A stretch of 64,000 nucleotides of DNA from the NCBI GenBank assembly GCA_031417195.1, contig JANOVC010000026.1, positions 23,100-87,099 of the forward strand, in the 5' to 3' direction. Made by a program: the position numbers and the translations under genes. The stretch comes from Rhodobiaceae bacterium. Lineage in GTDB: Bacteria > Pseudomonadota > Alphaproteobacteria > Rhizobiales > Aestuariivirgaceae. Positions 9,552 through 20,826 of the stretch are shown here, piece by piece. The notes under the pieces were generated by a model. It ran no database searches, was not told the DNA's origin, and worked only from the letters and a program-made list of their open reading frames with translations. Each line of letters starts with the position of its first letter. Positions within the stretch are counted from its first letter, which is position 1.

Positions 9552-10474
9552 CTGCGTTGCTCACTGTCTGTAAGAGGTGCTTTCAAGGCAATGATGAGAA
9601 TGAGGATGGCACCCTGTGCGCCAATCTGCCAGTCGGGTGAAATCTTCAGGAATATGAGAAATGAACCGGCGAGCGCCAGCGTAAGTGCGCCGACGACAGC
9701 ACCCAAGGGGGACACGCGTCCACCAATGAATTCACCACCGCCGAGAATGACACCGGCAATGGAAAATAGTGTGTAGCGGTCTGCCACATGGGCGTCCGCC
9801 GATGTGGTCAGGCCAAGGAGTGAAAGGCCGGACAAAACACCGAAAAATCCTGCGAGCGCGAACATCATGGTTTTTGTTCTGAGCATGGACCATCCCGCCC
9901 TTTCCATGGCGCGGGGATTGCCACCAGAGCCGCGCGCGATAACCCCATAGGACGAGTAAATCAGCGTTAATTGGACAGCCACGCCGATGACGATGGCTGC
10001 AATAATCGGGAATGGAATAATCGGCGTTTTCAGCGCCATAATCGTTTTCAGCCATTCCGGTGCTTTGCCACCAGGCGATGGCAAAATCAGGACGGCGATA
10101 CCCAGCCACACGAAGGAGAGGCCAAGGGTTACAACGATGGAGGGAAGGTTGCGCGTATGGATCAATGCGCCAACGGCGGCATAGGCAACGATACACAGAA
10201 TGAGCGCGAGTGTTCCAAGAATCGGATTTGTGTAGAGCAGGGTAGCGGAAATACAGCCGACAAGGCCGACAAATGGGCCAATCGACAAATCGAGATCGTT
10301 GACGGTGATCACAAACATCTGCGCTATGGTGGCCAGGGCAATCGGCACGGCGTATTGCAGCATGAGGTTGAGACCGAAGTAACTCATGGTGCGGGGTTGC
10401 ACATAGAATGTTGCCCCCAATACCACCGCCAGTGAAATGAAAGGCAGCAATGCCCGCAGGAGACTTTTGTTCAT
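9548..10474 (-). CDS. Sugar ABC transporter permease (RbsC-like)
   Basis: Multi-TM; [32 protein letters not shown]. Confidence 0.92.
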   Translation of the reverse strand: MNKSLLRALLPFISLAVVLGATFYVQPRTMSYFGLNLMLQYAVPIALATIAQMFVITVNDLDLSIGPFVGLVGCISATLLYTNPILGTLALILCIVAYAAVGALIHTRNLPSIVVTLGLSFVWLGIAVLILPSPGGKAPEWLKTIMALKTPIIPFPIIAAIVIGVAVQLTLIYSSYGVIARGSGGNPRAMERAGWSMLRTKTMMFALAGFFGVLSGLSLLGLTTSADAHVADRYTLFSIAGVILGGGEFIGGRVSPLGAVVGALTLALAGSFLIFLKISPDWQIGAQGAILILIIALKAPLTDSEQRR

Positions 10475-11919
10475 GCTGCAAAGTTTTCTGCGAAGGACGC
10501 CTGAAGGATTTTTTCTTCGGAGATATCCCCACTTGAAAGTTCCGCTGAAATGGAGCCGTTGCGGAAAACAATCGCGCGGTCACAGTAATGCAATTCATCC
10601 ATTTCCGTGGTGTACCAAATGAACGTGCGGCCCGTGCCTGCCTCCTTTGCAATCAACTCGTAGACTTCCAGCTTGGTGCCCACATCAACACCGCGCATGG
10701 GATCGTCCATGAGGATGATGCTGGCTTCAGACGCCAAGGCGCGGGCGAAGAGGGCCTTTTGCTGGTTGCCGCCAGACAGCGTGAGAATATTGTTGTCCAT
10801 GTTCGGTGTTCGAATGTTCATCCGGCTTTTCCAGTCGTCCGCCAGCACGCCCTCTTTGTTTGGCTCAATCAATCCCCATTTCAGCATCGCGCGTAGCGAC
10901 CGCACTGTTATGTTTGATGCGATGGACCACAGATTGAAAATGCCGTCGGACTGGCGGTCGCCAGCGATGAAGGCGACGGCCCCTTCAACCTGTGCCCCGG
11001 ATTTTTCATAGAGCTGGAGCAGCATGCGGGTTTGTCCGTGACCGGCGAGACCCGCGAGACCTACGATTTCGCCCTTGCGGGCGGTGAACTCCCCGGCACC
11101 CGTCTTGGGTTTGGCGCGAATGATGATGGGCCGGTCCGATTTTGGTTTGCGGGCCTTGGCCTCCACCACTTTCTTTTGCGCGATGTCCGTTCCCATGGCG
11201 GCCACCAGGGAGTGTCGGTCAAATCTGGCGGTTGGCCGCTCGGTGATGGATTTGCCGTCTTTCATCACAACGATGCGGTCGCAGGTTCCGAGGACATCGC
11301 CAAGCAAATGCGATATCAGAATTATGCTCGTTCCCTTGGTGACTTGTCGCCTCACAAAGCTCAAGAGTTGTTCGGCGGTTACGGCGTCGAGTGATGACGT
11401 GGGTTCGTCGAGGATAACCAGTCGCAGGGGCGTGTCGGTGACCGTAAAGGCGCGGGCGATTTCCGCCATCTGGCGCTTGCCGATGGGCAGGTCGGAAATG
11501 GCATCGTCCGCTGCGATACCGTGGCCGGGGAAGATTTCATTGAGCTTATCAAGTGCCAAGGCACTGGCGCGTTTTTTCCAGCCGAAGCCCTTCAACGGAC
11601 CGTGCACGACACGTACATTTTCAGCGACGGTGAGATTGGGACAGAGGGACAGCTCCTGAAACACGCAGCGGATGCCGTTGGCCTTGGCCACGCGTACCGA
11701 CCATTGGTTGGTGAGGTCTGAGGTGCCGATGCTCAACGTGCCTTTGTCGGGTGAAAGGGTGCCGGCGAGGATGTGCATGAGGGTGGATTTGCCGGCACCA
11801 TTGTGGCCGACGAGGCCGATGCACTCGCCTGCGCCCACATCCAGGCTCACACCTGCCAGTGCGCGGACGGCGCCGAAACTTCGTTCAACGCCGTCCAGTT
11901 TTATTGCGGGTTGGTTCAA
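10471..11919 (-). CDS. Sugar ABC transporter ATP-binding protein (two fused NBDs)
   Basis: Walker [25 protein letters not shown] signature. Confidence 0.95.
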   Translation of the reverse strand: MNQPAIKLDGVERSFGAVRALAGVSLDVGAGECIGLVGHNGAGKSTLMHILAGTLSPDKGTLSIGTSDLTNQWSVRVAKANGIRCVFQELSLCPNLTVAENVRVVHGPLKGFGWKKRASALALDKLNEIFPGHGIAADDAISDLPIGKRQMAEIARAFTVTDTPLRLVILDEPTSSLDAVTAEQLLSFVRRQVTKGTSIILISHLLGDVLGTCDRIVVMKDGKSITERPTARFDRHSLVAAMGTDIAQKKVVEAKARKPKSDRPIIIRAKPKTGAGEFTARKGEIVGLAGLAGHGQTRMLLQLYEKSGAQVEGAVAFIAGDRQSDGIFNLWSIASNITVRSLRAMLKWGLIEPNKEGVLADDWKSRMNIRTPNMDNNILTLSGGNQQKALFARALASEASIILMDDPMRGVDVGTKLEVYELIAKEAGTGRTFIWYTTEMDELHYCDRAIVFRNGSISAELSSGDISEEKILQASFAENFAA

Positions 11920-11922
11920 GGC

Positions 11923-12933
11923 TTACTTGCCGGCGACAACTTTGGCTGCGTCTTCGGCACTATACTCCACATTGGCAACGCCGCCCTTTTCGGTGGTGGC
12001 GAGGTTGGCTTCAAGCGTATCTTGCGTGATGGTGAGGAATGGCACCGTGATGTCTTTCGGCACTTCCTTGCCATCCAAAATCATCTGGGCCACCCAGAAG
12101 GCGAGGGTTGAAACGCCGGGGGCAATCGAGACCGACATGGTTTGATAGCCGTTTGCGTCCTTCTGTTCTTTCCACCACTGCAGCTCATCCTGGCGGTTGC
12201 CCATGATGATCGTTGGTGTTGGGCGGCCTGCGGCTTTGAAGGCCTGGGCTGCGCCATAACCATCGCCGCCTTGCGTCACCACGCCCTTGATTTCGGGCAG
12301 TGATGGCAAGATACCAGCCACGGCCTTTTGGGCCACTTCCTGGGCCCAGTCGCCGTGAACGGAGCCTGCGATCTTGAATTGGCTGTATTTGTCAGCGCCA
12401 CGGTGGATGCCTTTGGAGATTTCATCGTCCACGAACACGCCAGCCAATCCGCGGATTTCCAGCAGGTTGCCGCCGTCCTTCATTTTTGAATTGAGGTAAT
12501 CCATCTGCACTTCGCCCATCTTGGCGAAGTCCACGGCGATGCGGTAGGCGCAGGGTTCGGTGACGATGCCGTCGAAGGACACGACCACAATGCCAGCGTC
12601 ACAGGCCTGCTTCACCACACCATTGAGCGCGTCCGGCGATGCGGCGTTGATGACGATGGCGTTGTAGCCCTGCAGGATGAGGTTCTGAATCTGGGCGGCC
12701 TGCTCGGTCACCTGATTTTCGGAGGTGGTGAAAGGATCGGCAGCGGCGACAACACCGTCAGCCACGGCCTTCTTCGTCACCTTGTCCCAGCTCTTGAGCA
12801 TGGATTGACGCCAGGAATTTCCGGCGTAATTGTTGGAGAGTGCGATTTTCTTGTCTTTGGTGTCCGCGAAAGCGGTGCTCGTTGCCAGCACGGCGGCAAG
12901 GGCGATCGAACACACGAGGGTTTTCTTGAGCAT
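11923..12933 (-). CDS. Sugar ABC transporter periplasmic binding protein
   Basis: Signal peptide MLKKTLVCSIALAAVLATSTAFA, NNYAGNSWRQ, periplasmic-binding-protein motifs; RBS GGGAGA before ATG 12933. Confidence 0.92.
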   Translation of the reverse strand: MLKKTLVCSIALAAVLATSTAFADTKDKKIALSNNYAGNSWRQSMLKSWDKVTKKAVADGVVAAADPFTTSENQVTEQAAQIQNLILQGYNAIVINAASPDALNGVVKQACDAGIVVVSFDGIVTEPCAYRIAVDFAKMGEVQMDYLNSKMKDGGNLLEIRGLAGVFVDDEISKGIHRGADKYSQFKIAGSVHGDWAQEVAQKAVAGILPSLPEIKGVVTQGGDGYGAAQAFKAAGRPTPTIIMGNRQDELQWWKEQKDANGYQTMSVSIAPGVSTLAFWVAQMILDGKEVPKDITVPFLTITQDTLEANLATTEKGGVANVEYSAEDAAKVVAGK

Positions 12934-13094
12934 TTCAGTCTCCCATGACTTTTCATTTTTTATCGAGCCATCGGGGACGAGGCCCGTGGGCGTGATGCTA
13001 TCACAGGGTCGAAGCGTTGCAATGGCAATAGTATGATAAATCGAAAGTGCCGCCCCAACTTGCGCCCGCGCCCGAGTTGGGTTATGTAACGCCC

Positions 13095-13142
13095 ATGTCT
13101 CACCGTTCGACACTGTCTCTCCTCCTTCTTAGCAGCCCCTGA
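13095..13142 (+). promoter_or_regulatory. leuA leader (attenuator) peptide MSHRSTLSLLLLSSP
   Basis: 15-codon ORF with 5 Leu codons (4 consecutive) ending 84 nt before leuA; candidate promoter TTGCGC-N17-TATGTA directly upstream. Confidence 0.8.
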
Positions 13143-13214
13143 GGGTCGGCTGGGCGTTTGCCTTGGCTCTTTGGGGAAAGCGACATAAACGATAACCCCA
13201 ACAGCTAAGAATAA

Positions 13215-14897
<1,683 letters not shown>

Positions 14898-14917
14898 AGG
14901 AAGGCCCCAAATTTCAT

Positions 14918-14966
14918 CCCCTTCTCCTGTTCTGCGAAGAAGAATGGGAGAAGGTGCCCGAAGGGC
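14918..14966. repeat. Truncated alphaproteobacterial palindromic repeat (CCTTCTCC...GGAGAAGG-GCCCGAAGGGC type)
   Basis: Stem CCTTCTCC 14920-14927 / GGAGAAGG 14947-14954, then hairpin GCCC-GAA-GGGC; lies just after the leuA stop. Confidence 0.6.
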
Positions 14967-15008
14967 GCTGGCGAGATTTCATATCCCCAAGCGCTTCATG
15001 GTTGGGTT

Positions 15009-15031
15009 TGGTCGGCATTGACCAGGACATC
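15009..15031 (-). repeat. Possible degenerate copy of the main REP-like repeat
   Basis: TGGTCGGCATTGACCAGGACATC matches TGGTCGGGCTTGACCCGACCACC at 17 of 23 positions; adjacent 14997-15010 matches CATGGTCGGGCTTG at 12 of 14. Confidence 0.4.
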
Positions 15032-15054
15032 GTACCGCTAGTTTCAATTAGAAG

Positions 15055-16095
15055 TTACTGCTTTGTACACACTGCTCTAAATTGTCCGCAGAAAAGCTTG
15101 TAGTCGCCGCCCGTGCGCGCGTATGCGCAGTTAAAGTCCTCTCTATGGGCAGCACCTGCCGTGACAAGTCTATCACCTACATATTCAAATCCTTCTAAGT
15201 GGTAATTTGGATAGCGTGCTGTTAAGCCTACGTTACCAACCGTATTCGGCCCGCATTCAGGCGTACCTTCTGTGCCAACTCCTCCTTCGTGATATACACC
15301 TATTCGCGGTTTTAAGACCTTCCAATAATAGCTATCAGCTGTTTTTGCGTTGCACGTAGCAAAATCCTTATTGTTAGCTTGTTGCCGAAATTCTAAGCAT
15401 GTTGTCTCCTGCGGCGGCGGCGTTTGAGGTGTCAAAGCCTTTGCAATGAAGGCTGTGCAAGCTGCCCCGGCACCTGCTCTTTTTATGTTGATTGTGATGC
15501 TTTTTGCCTCAGTACCAATAGCCTTCGTATACACGAATGTGTCACCGAGAGGAAGCTTGGAGCCAATTTTTAGATCTGTGCTGTCATAAATTACGTTTCT
15601 CGATGCTTTGACCGACCGTATTTTTGTCGGCCCGTTTGTATCACTAGAATGTCTTATGCGGAGCACTGGTTCACTTGATTCATTGTCAAATACACATACC
15701 AATGGTTGGCGCGACACGCATTCAACGTAGAGCGCCCGGGCTTCAATAGGAATAACCGCTACCGACGATTGAGACAAAGAAGATGCTGCTTCTTCCTTCG
15801 TAATGTCGCGACACTCCTTTTTTTGCGCTTCTCTGTATTTCTGGTTGTTAAATTTTCCAAATCCGCTGATTGAAAAATACGAACCCCCTGTATCTGCACC
15901 ATACGTATCGACGAATTTTTGATAGTCTAAAAAACACATTGCATCCCGGAAATATGTCCGAGTTCGTACGTCAGTCATATCAGTTTTAATGTTAGGCGAT
16001 AACAACTTTTCGCTGCAAATTTCTTGCGCTTTGACAGCCAAAGGACATGCAAGGAATAATGTGAGTAGTGCCGCTTTGAACTGAAGAGAAACCAT
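15055..16095 (-). CDS. Secreted Cys-rich hypothetical protein (AT-rich DNA)
   Basis: RBS GGAGG before ATG 16095; signal peptide MVSLQFKAALLTLFLACPLAVKA; 12 Cys in the mature part; no family recognised. Confidence 0.75.
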   Translation of the reverse strand: MVSLQFKAALLTLFLACPLAVKAQEICSEKLLSPNIKTDMTDVRTRTYFRDAMCFLDYQKFVDTYGADTGGSYFSISGFGKFNNQKYREAQKKECRDITKEEAASSLSQSSVAVIPIEARALYVECVSRQPLVCVFDNESSEPVLRIRHSSDTNGPTKIRSVKASRNVIYDSTDLKIGSKLPLGDTFVYTKAIGTEAKSITINIKRAGAGAACTAFIAKALTPQTPPPQETTCLEFRQQANNKDFATCNAKTADSYYWKVLKPRIGVYHEGGVGTEGTPECGPNTVGNVGLTARYPNYHLEGFEYVGDRLVTAGAAHREDFNCAYARTGGDYKLFCGQFRAVCTKQ

Positions 16096-16275
16096 TGTGT
16101 CCTCCACCAAACATTTTGTTGCACAGAGAAAACATACACCAAATTCATCGCCAGTGAAAATTAAATTTATGAGCAATTGGCCTGCCGCCGGGACTATGTT
16201 GACAGAGCATTCAATCAACGTTCCTCAAGGCCCACTCTCTACTGCACACATCAATGGTGCAACTTGCCAACTTGT

Positions 16276-16797
16276 CTAAGGATTGCAAATGACGGTAAAG
16301 CTGGTCCAGCCACACTGACCCCCGCCAACACTAATGTTGTGAATGAATTTGGAGGGAGCAATCTGTAACTTTCCGTCTTCGGTATACTCGCAAAACTGTT
16401 TTACAAGAATTTCCTGAGTTTTAGGACCGCCGCCACCAATCTTATCGTATTCGTCACAAGTATAGTACGCATCGACACCATTGGCACATGATGGTCCACC
16501 TCCATTCCCAGCACAAACCTTATACCTTTGCGTCGCATGATTTTGAATTTGCATTGCAGACGCCGCTTTTTCTTTAACTGAAAAAACTAACCCGCCAAAA
16601 CCAACCAAGAGGAGAACAAGAGTCGTTAGCTTGTAGCGAGGATCCTTCTCTTGGTGGAAAAAAGCTATCGCGATAGCGCCAAGCACAAGCACAAGCACAA
16701 TAAGTGCTATGATACCGAGTTGGCTTGCTGCAGCTTCCTTAATTATGGAAGGCCAATCCAATTTAGAAGCGGCTTCAGTTGCTCCCATCTCATTCAC
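16276..16797 (-). CDS. Membrane-anchored hypothetical protein with a Cys/Gly-rich C-terminal domain
   Basis: Two N-terminal TM helices, then a 6-Cys domain (VCAGNGGGPSC...GGGQCGWTSFTVICNP); AT-rich DNA. Confidence 0.7.
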   Translation of the reverse strand: MNEMGATEAASKLDWPSIIKEAAASQLGIIALIVLVLVLGAIAIAFFHQEKDPRYKLTTLVLLLVGFGGLVFSVKEKAASAMQIQNHATQRYKVCAGNGGGPSCANGVDAYYTCDEYDKIGGGGPKTQEILVKQFCEYTEDGKLQIAPSKFIHNISVGGGQCGWTSFTVICNP

Positions 16798-16859
16798 CCA
16801 GACTTGTGATAGATTACTTAATATACGAGTAGGGGCAAAAAAGCATTAAGTTATTTTTA

Positions 16860-17156
16860 TCACGCCGCCCGCTTCACCACCGTCTTCTTGACGCTCATCT
16901 TCACAGTCAACCCAGCTCTCGTTGCAAGTGTCGTCAGCGTATCAAGGCTGAACTTGCTGATTTTGCCGCGCAGCAAATCATTGAGGCGGGGGCGGGTGAT
17001 GCCTAGACGCTTGGCGGCCTCAGCTTGCGAGAGGTTCCAAGCGGCCACACTGCGTTCAATGCTGGTCATCAAATCCGAACGCATCGTCATGTTGATGGCG
17101 TTGGCCTCGTTGGCTTCAAGCGCAAACCACACATTGTCAAATTTCTCGTGTTTCAT
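16860..17156 (-). CDS. XRE-family HTH antitoxin (HigA-like)
   Basis: LSQAEAAKRLGITRPRLNDLLRGKISKFSLDTL helix-turn-helix; ATG 17156 follows the toxin stop with RBS AAGGAG. Confidence 0.9.
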   Translation of the reverse strand: MKHEKFDNVWFALEANEANAINMTMRSDLMTSIERSVAAWNLSQAEAAKRLGITRPRLNDLLRGKISKFSLDTLTTLATRAGLTVKMSVKKTVVKRAA

Positions 17157-17160
17157 GGTG

Positions 17161-17490
17161 TCACTCCTTTGCAATCTGGCGCAAGCGCGCTTGCACCAAG
17201 TCAATATCGCGCTTTGGTGTTTTCTGCATTTTCTTGTGGAAGGAATGCAGCACATAAATTGTGGTGCCGATATTCGCCACATAGATGACGCGGAATTCGC
17301 CCGGCCTGTCTGAAACCCTGATCTCGCGTACGCCCTTGCCAATGCTTGGCATGGGCTTCCAGTCCACAGGGTCTCGGCCTTCCTGAACCCGCACCAACTC
17401 GCGGCCTGCATCGCGCCGCGCATCTTCAGGAAAATCCCGAAGGCGGGTGAGCGAATCTCCAATGAACACAACAGGTTTTCGAACGGTCAT
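17161..17490 (-). CDS. Type II toxin, RelE/ParE superfamily (Gp49/HigB-like)
   Basis: DWKPMPSIGKGVREIRV, FRVIYVA, IYVLHSFHKK..KTP; toxin-first order with an XRE antitoxin. Confidence 0.9.
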   Translation of the reverse strand: MTVRKPVVFIGDSLTRLRDFPEDARRDAGRELVRVQEGRDPVDWKPMPSIGKGVREIRVSDRPGEFRVIYVANIGTTIYVLHSFHKKMQKTPKRDIDLVQARLRQIAKE

Positions 17491-17497
17491 TGTTTAA

Positions 17498-17519
17498 TGT
17501 GTATCAGTATTGATACACA
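17498..17519. promoter_or_regulatory. Probable TA operator, perfect inverted repeat TGTGTATCA-GTAT-TGATACACA
   Basis: 9-4-9 palindrome 8 nt upstream of the toxin ATG. Confidence 0.75.
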
Positions 17520-17557
17520 AAAACAAGTGCTTTTTGAATTGGCGGTTTATGACCCCC

Positions 17558-17983
17558 TCAATACATCATCTGCTTGCCCTTCGAAATCTTGAACCCATGG
17601 GCGTCGTCGTTGATGCATTCGAGGCCTTGCTTTGTGACGGTGCAGACGATGCCGTAGAAATCCAGTCGCTTGCCGTAGGGCAAATTGACTGCCTCGTTGT
17701 TGCGCAGCGTGTCTCCGGCGCAGACCATGGTGGCTTTGCCGTCGTTCTTCAACGCAAAGCGGCTGCCCCAGTCGAGGTCGCAGTCGGCGGGTTGGGGGCG
17801 CAGGGGCTCCTTGTTGGTTTGCGTCAGCAACTCGCAGTCAATGGTGGTGCCTTTACCCGACACTTCGCCATAACAATAGATGTTTTTCGATGGGGTGTGG
17901 AAGAGTGTGGTTTCGTTGGCGTGGGCTGCGCTTGCTGCCATGATGAGGGCCGCTGCGGTTGCGAATACGCTTAAGGTTTTCAT
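17558..17983 (-). CDS. Secreted hypothetical protein (DUF6636-like)
   Basis: Signal peptide MKTLSVFATAAALIMAASAAHA; F.TPS.NI.C, C..DWG, L.YG, C....GL.C...HGF motifs. Confidence 0.75.
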   Translation of the reverse strand: MKTLSVFATAAALIMAASAAHANETTLFHTPSKNIYCYGEVSGKGTTIDCELLTQTNKEPLRPQPADCDLDWGSRFALKNDGKATMVCAGDTLRNNEAVNLPYGKRLDFYGIVCTVTKQGLECINDDAHGFKISKGKQMMY

Positions 17984-18041
17984 GCTGTCATCCGTCCTTG
18001 ATGCAGGCACTATGTCAGGGTGGAGATTTGGGATCAAGATG

Positions 18042-18077
18042 CTGGGTGGTCGGGTCAGGCCCGACCATGGAGAGAAT
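18042..18077 (+). repeat. REP-like palindromic repeat, copy 1
   Basis: CTGGGTGGTCGGGTCAGGCCCGACCATGGAGAGAAT; core hairpin TGGTCGGG-N5-CCCGACCA; near-identical to the copies at 56-57.6 kb. Confidence 0.9.
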
Positions 18078-18136
18078 TTGGGAACCATGGCGAGTTTGGT
18101 GAGAGAGGATAAAGAGACAAAAATTATTTTCCTAAA

Positions 18137-18152
18137 TGTTCTTTACATGTTC
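18137..18152 (+). promoter_or_regulatory. Alphaproteobacterial LexA (SOS) box TGTTC-N6-TGTTC
   Basis: TGTTCTTTACATGTTC is an exact GTTC-N7-GTTC direct repeat in an AT-rich, promoter-like intergenic stretch. Confidence 0.65.
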
Positions 18153-18588
18153 CTTTTGTAGGAGTACATACCCTCTCGATGGTTTCCGGAAAGGAGGGGA
18201 CAGTGTCGACAGCGTCTCGAAATTGCCGGAACCATGGGCAGCGCCTGCGGGCTTGGGGAATTCACGCGCCCCACACCCCCGGGAGCCAAGGGCAAGACCC
18301 GTGGATACTACGATCCACGCGCCTTAAATGGCAAAGCAACTTTAGCGGAAAACACCAGACACCGTGCGATCTAAAGCTCTGTAAGCGCGAACCCCTGTCA
18401 CAAATCGCTGCGTTCCTCAAAATTCGCCAACGCTTTTCCGGAAAGTCTTCCAGCCTTCTGGGCGTGGGCGGATGTCGGGCTTTAAGCCGAACCACCAAAA
18501 CACTCAAAAACCACCGCATATGCCGGCTTGAAGCCTGGACGGGAACTTCCCCTCCATTTTATTTTCCCCATCATTCGAGGGCACCGCC

Positions 18589-19095
18589 ATGACCACAGAA
18601 AAAACCGTCTTTGTACGGATTAAAAAATCCAGATCTTCCAAACCATGCCCGCGCGTTTCGCACGAGCCGTGGTCGGGCTATACGCGCCATGACGCGCCGC
18701 GCAGGGTTGCATTGCCGCTCTGTCCCGCACCGCGCTGCCGCCGCGCCAGGCAATGTGCCGCAGCCCATGACGAGCTCTATTGCCAGCGCACGCATTTTTC
18801 GAAGCCTGAGCAGGTGAAGTGGCAGCGCAACCACCCCTTGCGCCGCGCGCTTGATGCTGTGCCTGAGGTCATCAATCCCACTGATCTCACAGAGCGGATG
18901 GAGCGCGTTGCGGAGCTGGCGGGCATCAAGCGCGGTTACGCAGCGGACATGACTAAGCGTTGGAAGGCAGGCGAATTTGATGCGCTCTATGGCAAGTACA
19001 CGGCCAAGGGCGTGATCAAGAAACCACCGCCGAAAATTTACGTGGACGCCGCCTTGTCCAGCGCCACGCAGACGCGCGTCAGGGCCTTGGGGTAA
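18589..19095 (+). CDS. Basic, Cys-containing hypothetical protein (possible Zn-binding C-x4-C-x5-C motif)
   Basis: 168-aa ORF with RBS GAGGG; CPAPRCRRARQC...YC motif; its 3' end overlaps purN convergently by 58 nt. Confidence 0.55.
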   Translation: MTTEKTVFVRIKKSRSSKPCPRVSHEPWSGYTRHDAPRRVALPLCPAPRCRRARQCAAAHDELYCQRTHFSKPEQVKWQRNHPLRRALDAVPEVINPTDLTERMERVAELAGIKRGYAADMTKRWKAGEFDALYGKYTAKGVIKKPPPKIYVDAALSSATQTRVRALG

Positions 19096-19631
19096 AGCTT
19101 GTGTTCCTGGGCCAGCACGCGGGCGTTCAGGCTTTCCACTGTGTCGCCCTCGAAAATCAGCACCTGGGTCTGGGCGATGATGGCGCCGGAATCGAGCTCG
19201 TGGGTTACATAATGCACGGTGCAACCGTGGACGGGGGCGTTGTCGGCAAGGGCCCTCTCATGGGTGCGCGTCCCCTTGTAATGGGGCAGGAACGAGGGGT
19301 GGATGTTGATCATGCGGCCCGCCCACGCGTCAATCATCACAGGCGACATCACGCGCATGAAGCCGGCGCAGGCGATGATGTCGAGGTTCTGCTGCTGCAG
19401 ATACGCGTTGAGTTCCGCGTCGAAAGCTTCGCGCGTGGCGAATGTCTTGTGGTCGATTGTCTTGGCGGTGATGCCGTGCTGCGCCGCGTATTCAAGACCG
19501 CCTGCATCGGGGCGGTTCGACACGACGCAGATGATTTCGGCAGGGTACGAAGGTGCGCGTGCCGCGTCCACAAGGGCTGCCATATTGGAGCCGCGCCCGG
19601 AGATGAGAACGCCAACGCGCTTCTTCTTCAT
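19038..19631 (-). CDS. purN: Phosphoribosylglycinamide formyltransferase
   Basis: [36 protein letters not shown]; ATGA overlap with purM. Confidence 0.97.
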   Translation of the reverse strand: MKKKRVGVLISGRGSNMAALVDAARAPSYPAEIICVVSNRPDAGGLEYAAQHGITAKTIDHKTFATREAFDAELNAYLQQQNLDIIACAGFMRVMSPVMIDAWAGRMINIHPSFLPHYKGTRTHERALADNAPVHGCTVHYVTHELDSGAIIAQTQVLIFEGDTVESLNARVLAQEHKLYPKALTRVCVALDKAAST

Positions 19632-20716
19632 GCCTTCACGCTGAGGGCGCCGGTGATTGCCACTTGCTCCTCGCGGCCACGGCGCTTGCGCAGCGCACCG
19701 AGGGTGACCACATGCTCGCCGGATTTCTTGAGAGCGGCGGCGATGGTCTTGGCGTCCTTTGCTTTCACCACCACAATCATGCCAATACCGCAGTTGAAGG
19801 TGCGCAGCATTTCGCGCGTCGGTGTGCCGCCCACGTCTTCGAGCCATTTGAACACGGGCAGATATGGCACCGCATCGAGGTTGATCTCGGCCACGCAGCC
19901 CTTCGGTAACACGCGCGGAATGTTTTCGAGAATGCCACCGCCGGTGATATGGGCCAGCGCCTTCACGGATTTGGTTTTCGCAAACAGCTTGAGGAGGGAC
20001 TTCACATAAATCCGCGTGGGCACCAGCAGCGCCTCGCCCAGCGTCTTGCCTTTGGCGAAGGGGGCAGGGGCGTCATAGGCCACACCGCTCATCTCCACGA
20101 TTTTGCGGATGAGGGAATAGCCGTTGCTGTGCGGGCCGGAGGAGGCAAGCCCGAGGATCACATCACCGGGGCCAACGTTCTTCGCGGGCAGAATGCGTTT
20201 GCGCTCCACGGCACCCACGGCAAAGCCCACAAGGTCGTAATCCTTGCCGTGATACATGCCGGGCATTTCAGCCGTCTCGCCGCCGATAAGCCCACAACCC
20301 GCCTGTTTGCAGCCATCGGCAATCCCTGCAATCACCTCGCGGGCTTGGGCCACATCGAGTTTTCCGGTTGCAAAGTAGTCGAGGAAGAACAGGGGTTCAG
20401 CGCCTTGTACAATGAGATCGTTCACCGACATGGCGACGAGATCAATGCCGACGCCGTGATGTATGCCGGTTTCAATGGCCACGCGCAGCTTGGTGCCCAC
20501 GCCATCATTGGCGGCCACCAAAACCGGGTCCTTGTAGCCACAGGCCTTCAAGTCAAACAAGCCGCCGAAGCCGCCAAGCGCCGAATCAGCACCCTTGCGC
20601 TTCGTGGATTTCGCCAGCGGCTTGATGGCATCCACCAGCGCGTTTCCGGCGGAGATATCCACGCCTGCGTCGGCATAGGTCACGCCGGTTCGTTTTGCTT
20701 GTTTGCTCTCGCTCAT
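19628..20716 (-). CDS. purM: Phosphoribosylformylglycinamidine cyclo-ligase (AIR synthetase)
   Basis: [61 protein letters not shown]. Confidence 0.98.
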   Translation of the reverse strand: MSESKQAKRTGVTYADAGVDISAGNALVDAIKPLAKSTKRKGADSALGGFGGLFDLKACGYKDPVLVAANDGVGTKLRVAIETGIHHGVGIDLVAMSVNDLIVQGAEPLFFLDYFATGKLDVAQAREVIAGIADGCKQAGCGLIGGETAEMPGMYHGKDYDLVGFAVGAVERKRILPAKNVGPGDVILGLASSGPHSNGYSLIRKIVEMSGVAYDAPAPFAKGKTLGEALLVPTRIYVKSLLKLFAKTKSVKALAHITGGGILENIPRVLPKGCVAEINLDAVPYLPVFKWLEDVGGTPTREMLRTFNCGIGMIVVVKAKDAKTIAAALKKSGEHVVTLGALRKRRGREEQVAITGALSVKA

Positions 20717-20826
20717 GCCGCTAGTTTGCCCCAATATTCGTGGTATGGAGGCGTCTTAGCGTGAAGCAGCGCCCAAATAAAGTGTTGTGGTGGACTTTCA
20801 CCAGAAGAAATGGAGCAGTTGACGGC

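Noticed and set aside
16664-16700. (AAGCAC)3 tandem repeat and a 14-bp palindrome as a phase-variation switch
   Set aside because: The unit is 6 nt and in frame (Val-Leu repeats in a TM helix), so slippage would not switch expression; the palindrome encodes AIAIA.
16860-17471. 203-aa ORF suggesting a long antitoxin or a toxin-antitoxin frameshift fusion
   Set aside because: The upstream 105 codons are an alternative frame of the toxin gene with no protein-like features or obvious slippery site; ATG 17156 has its own RBS.
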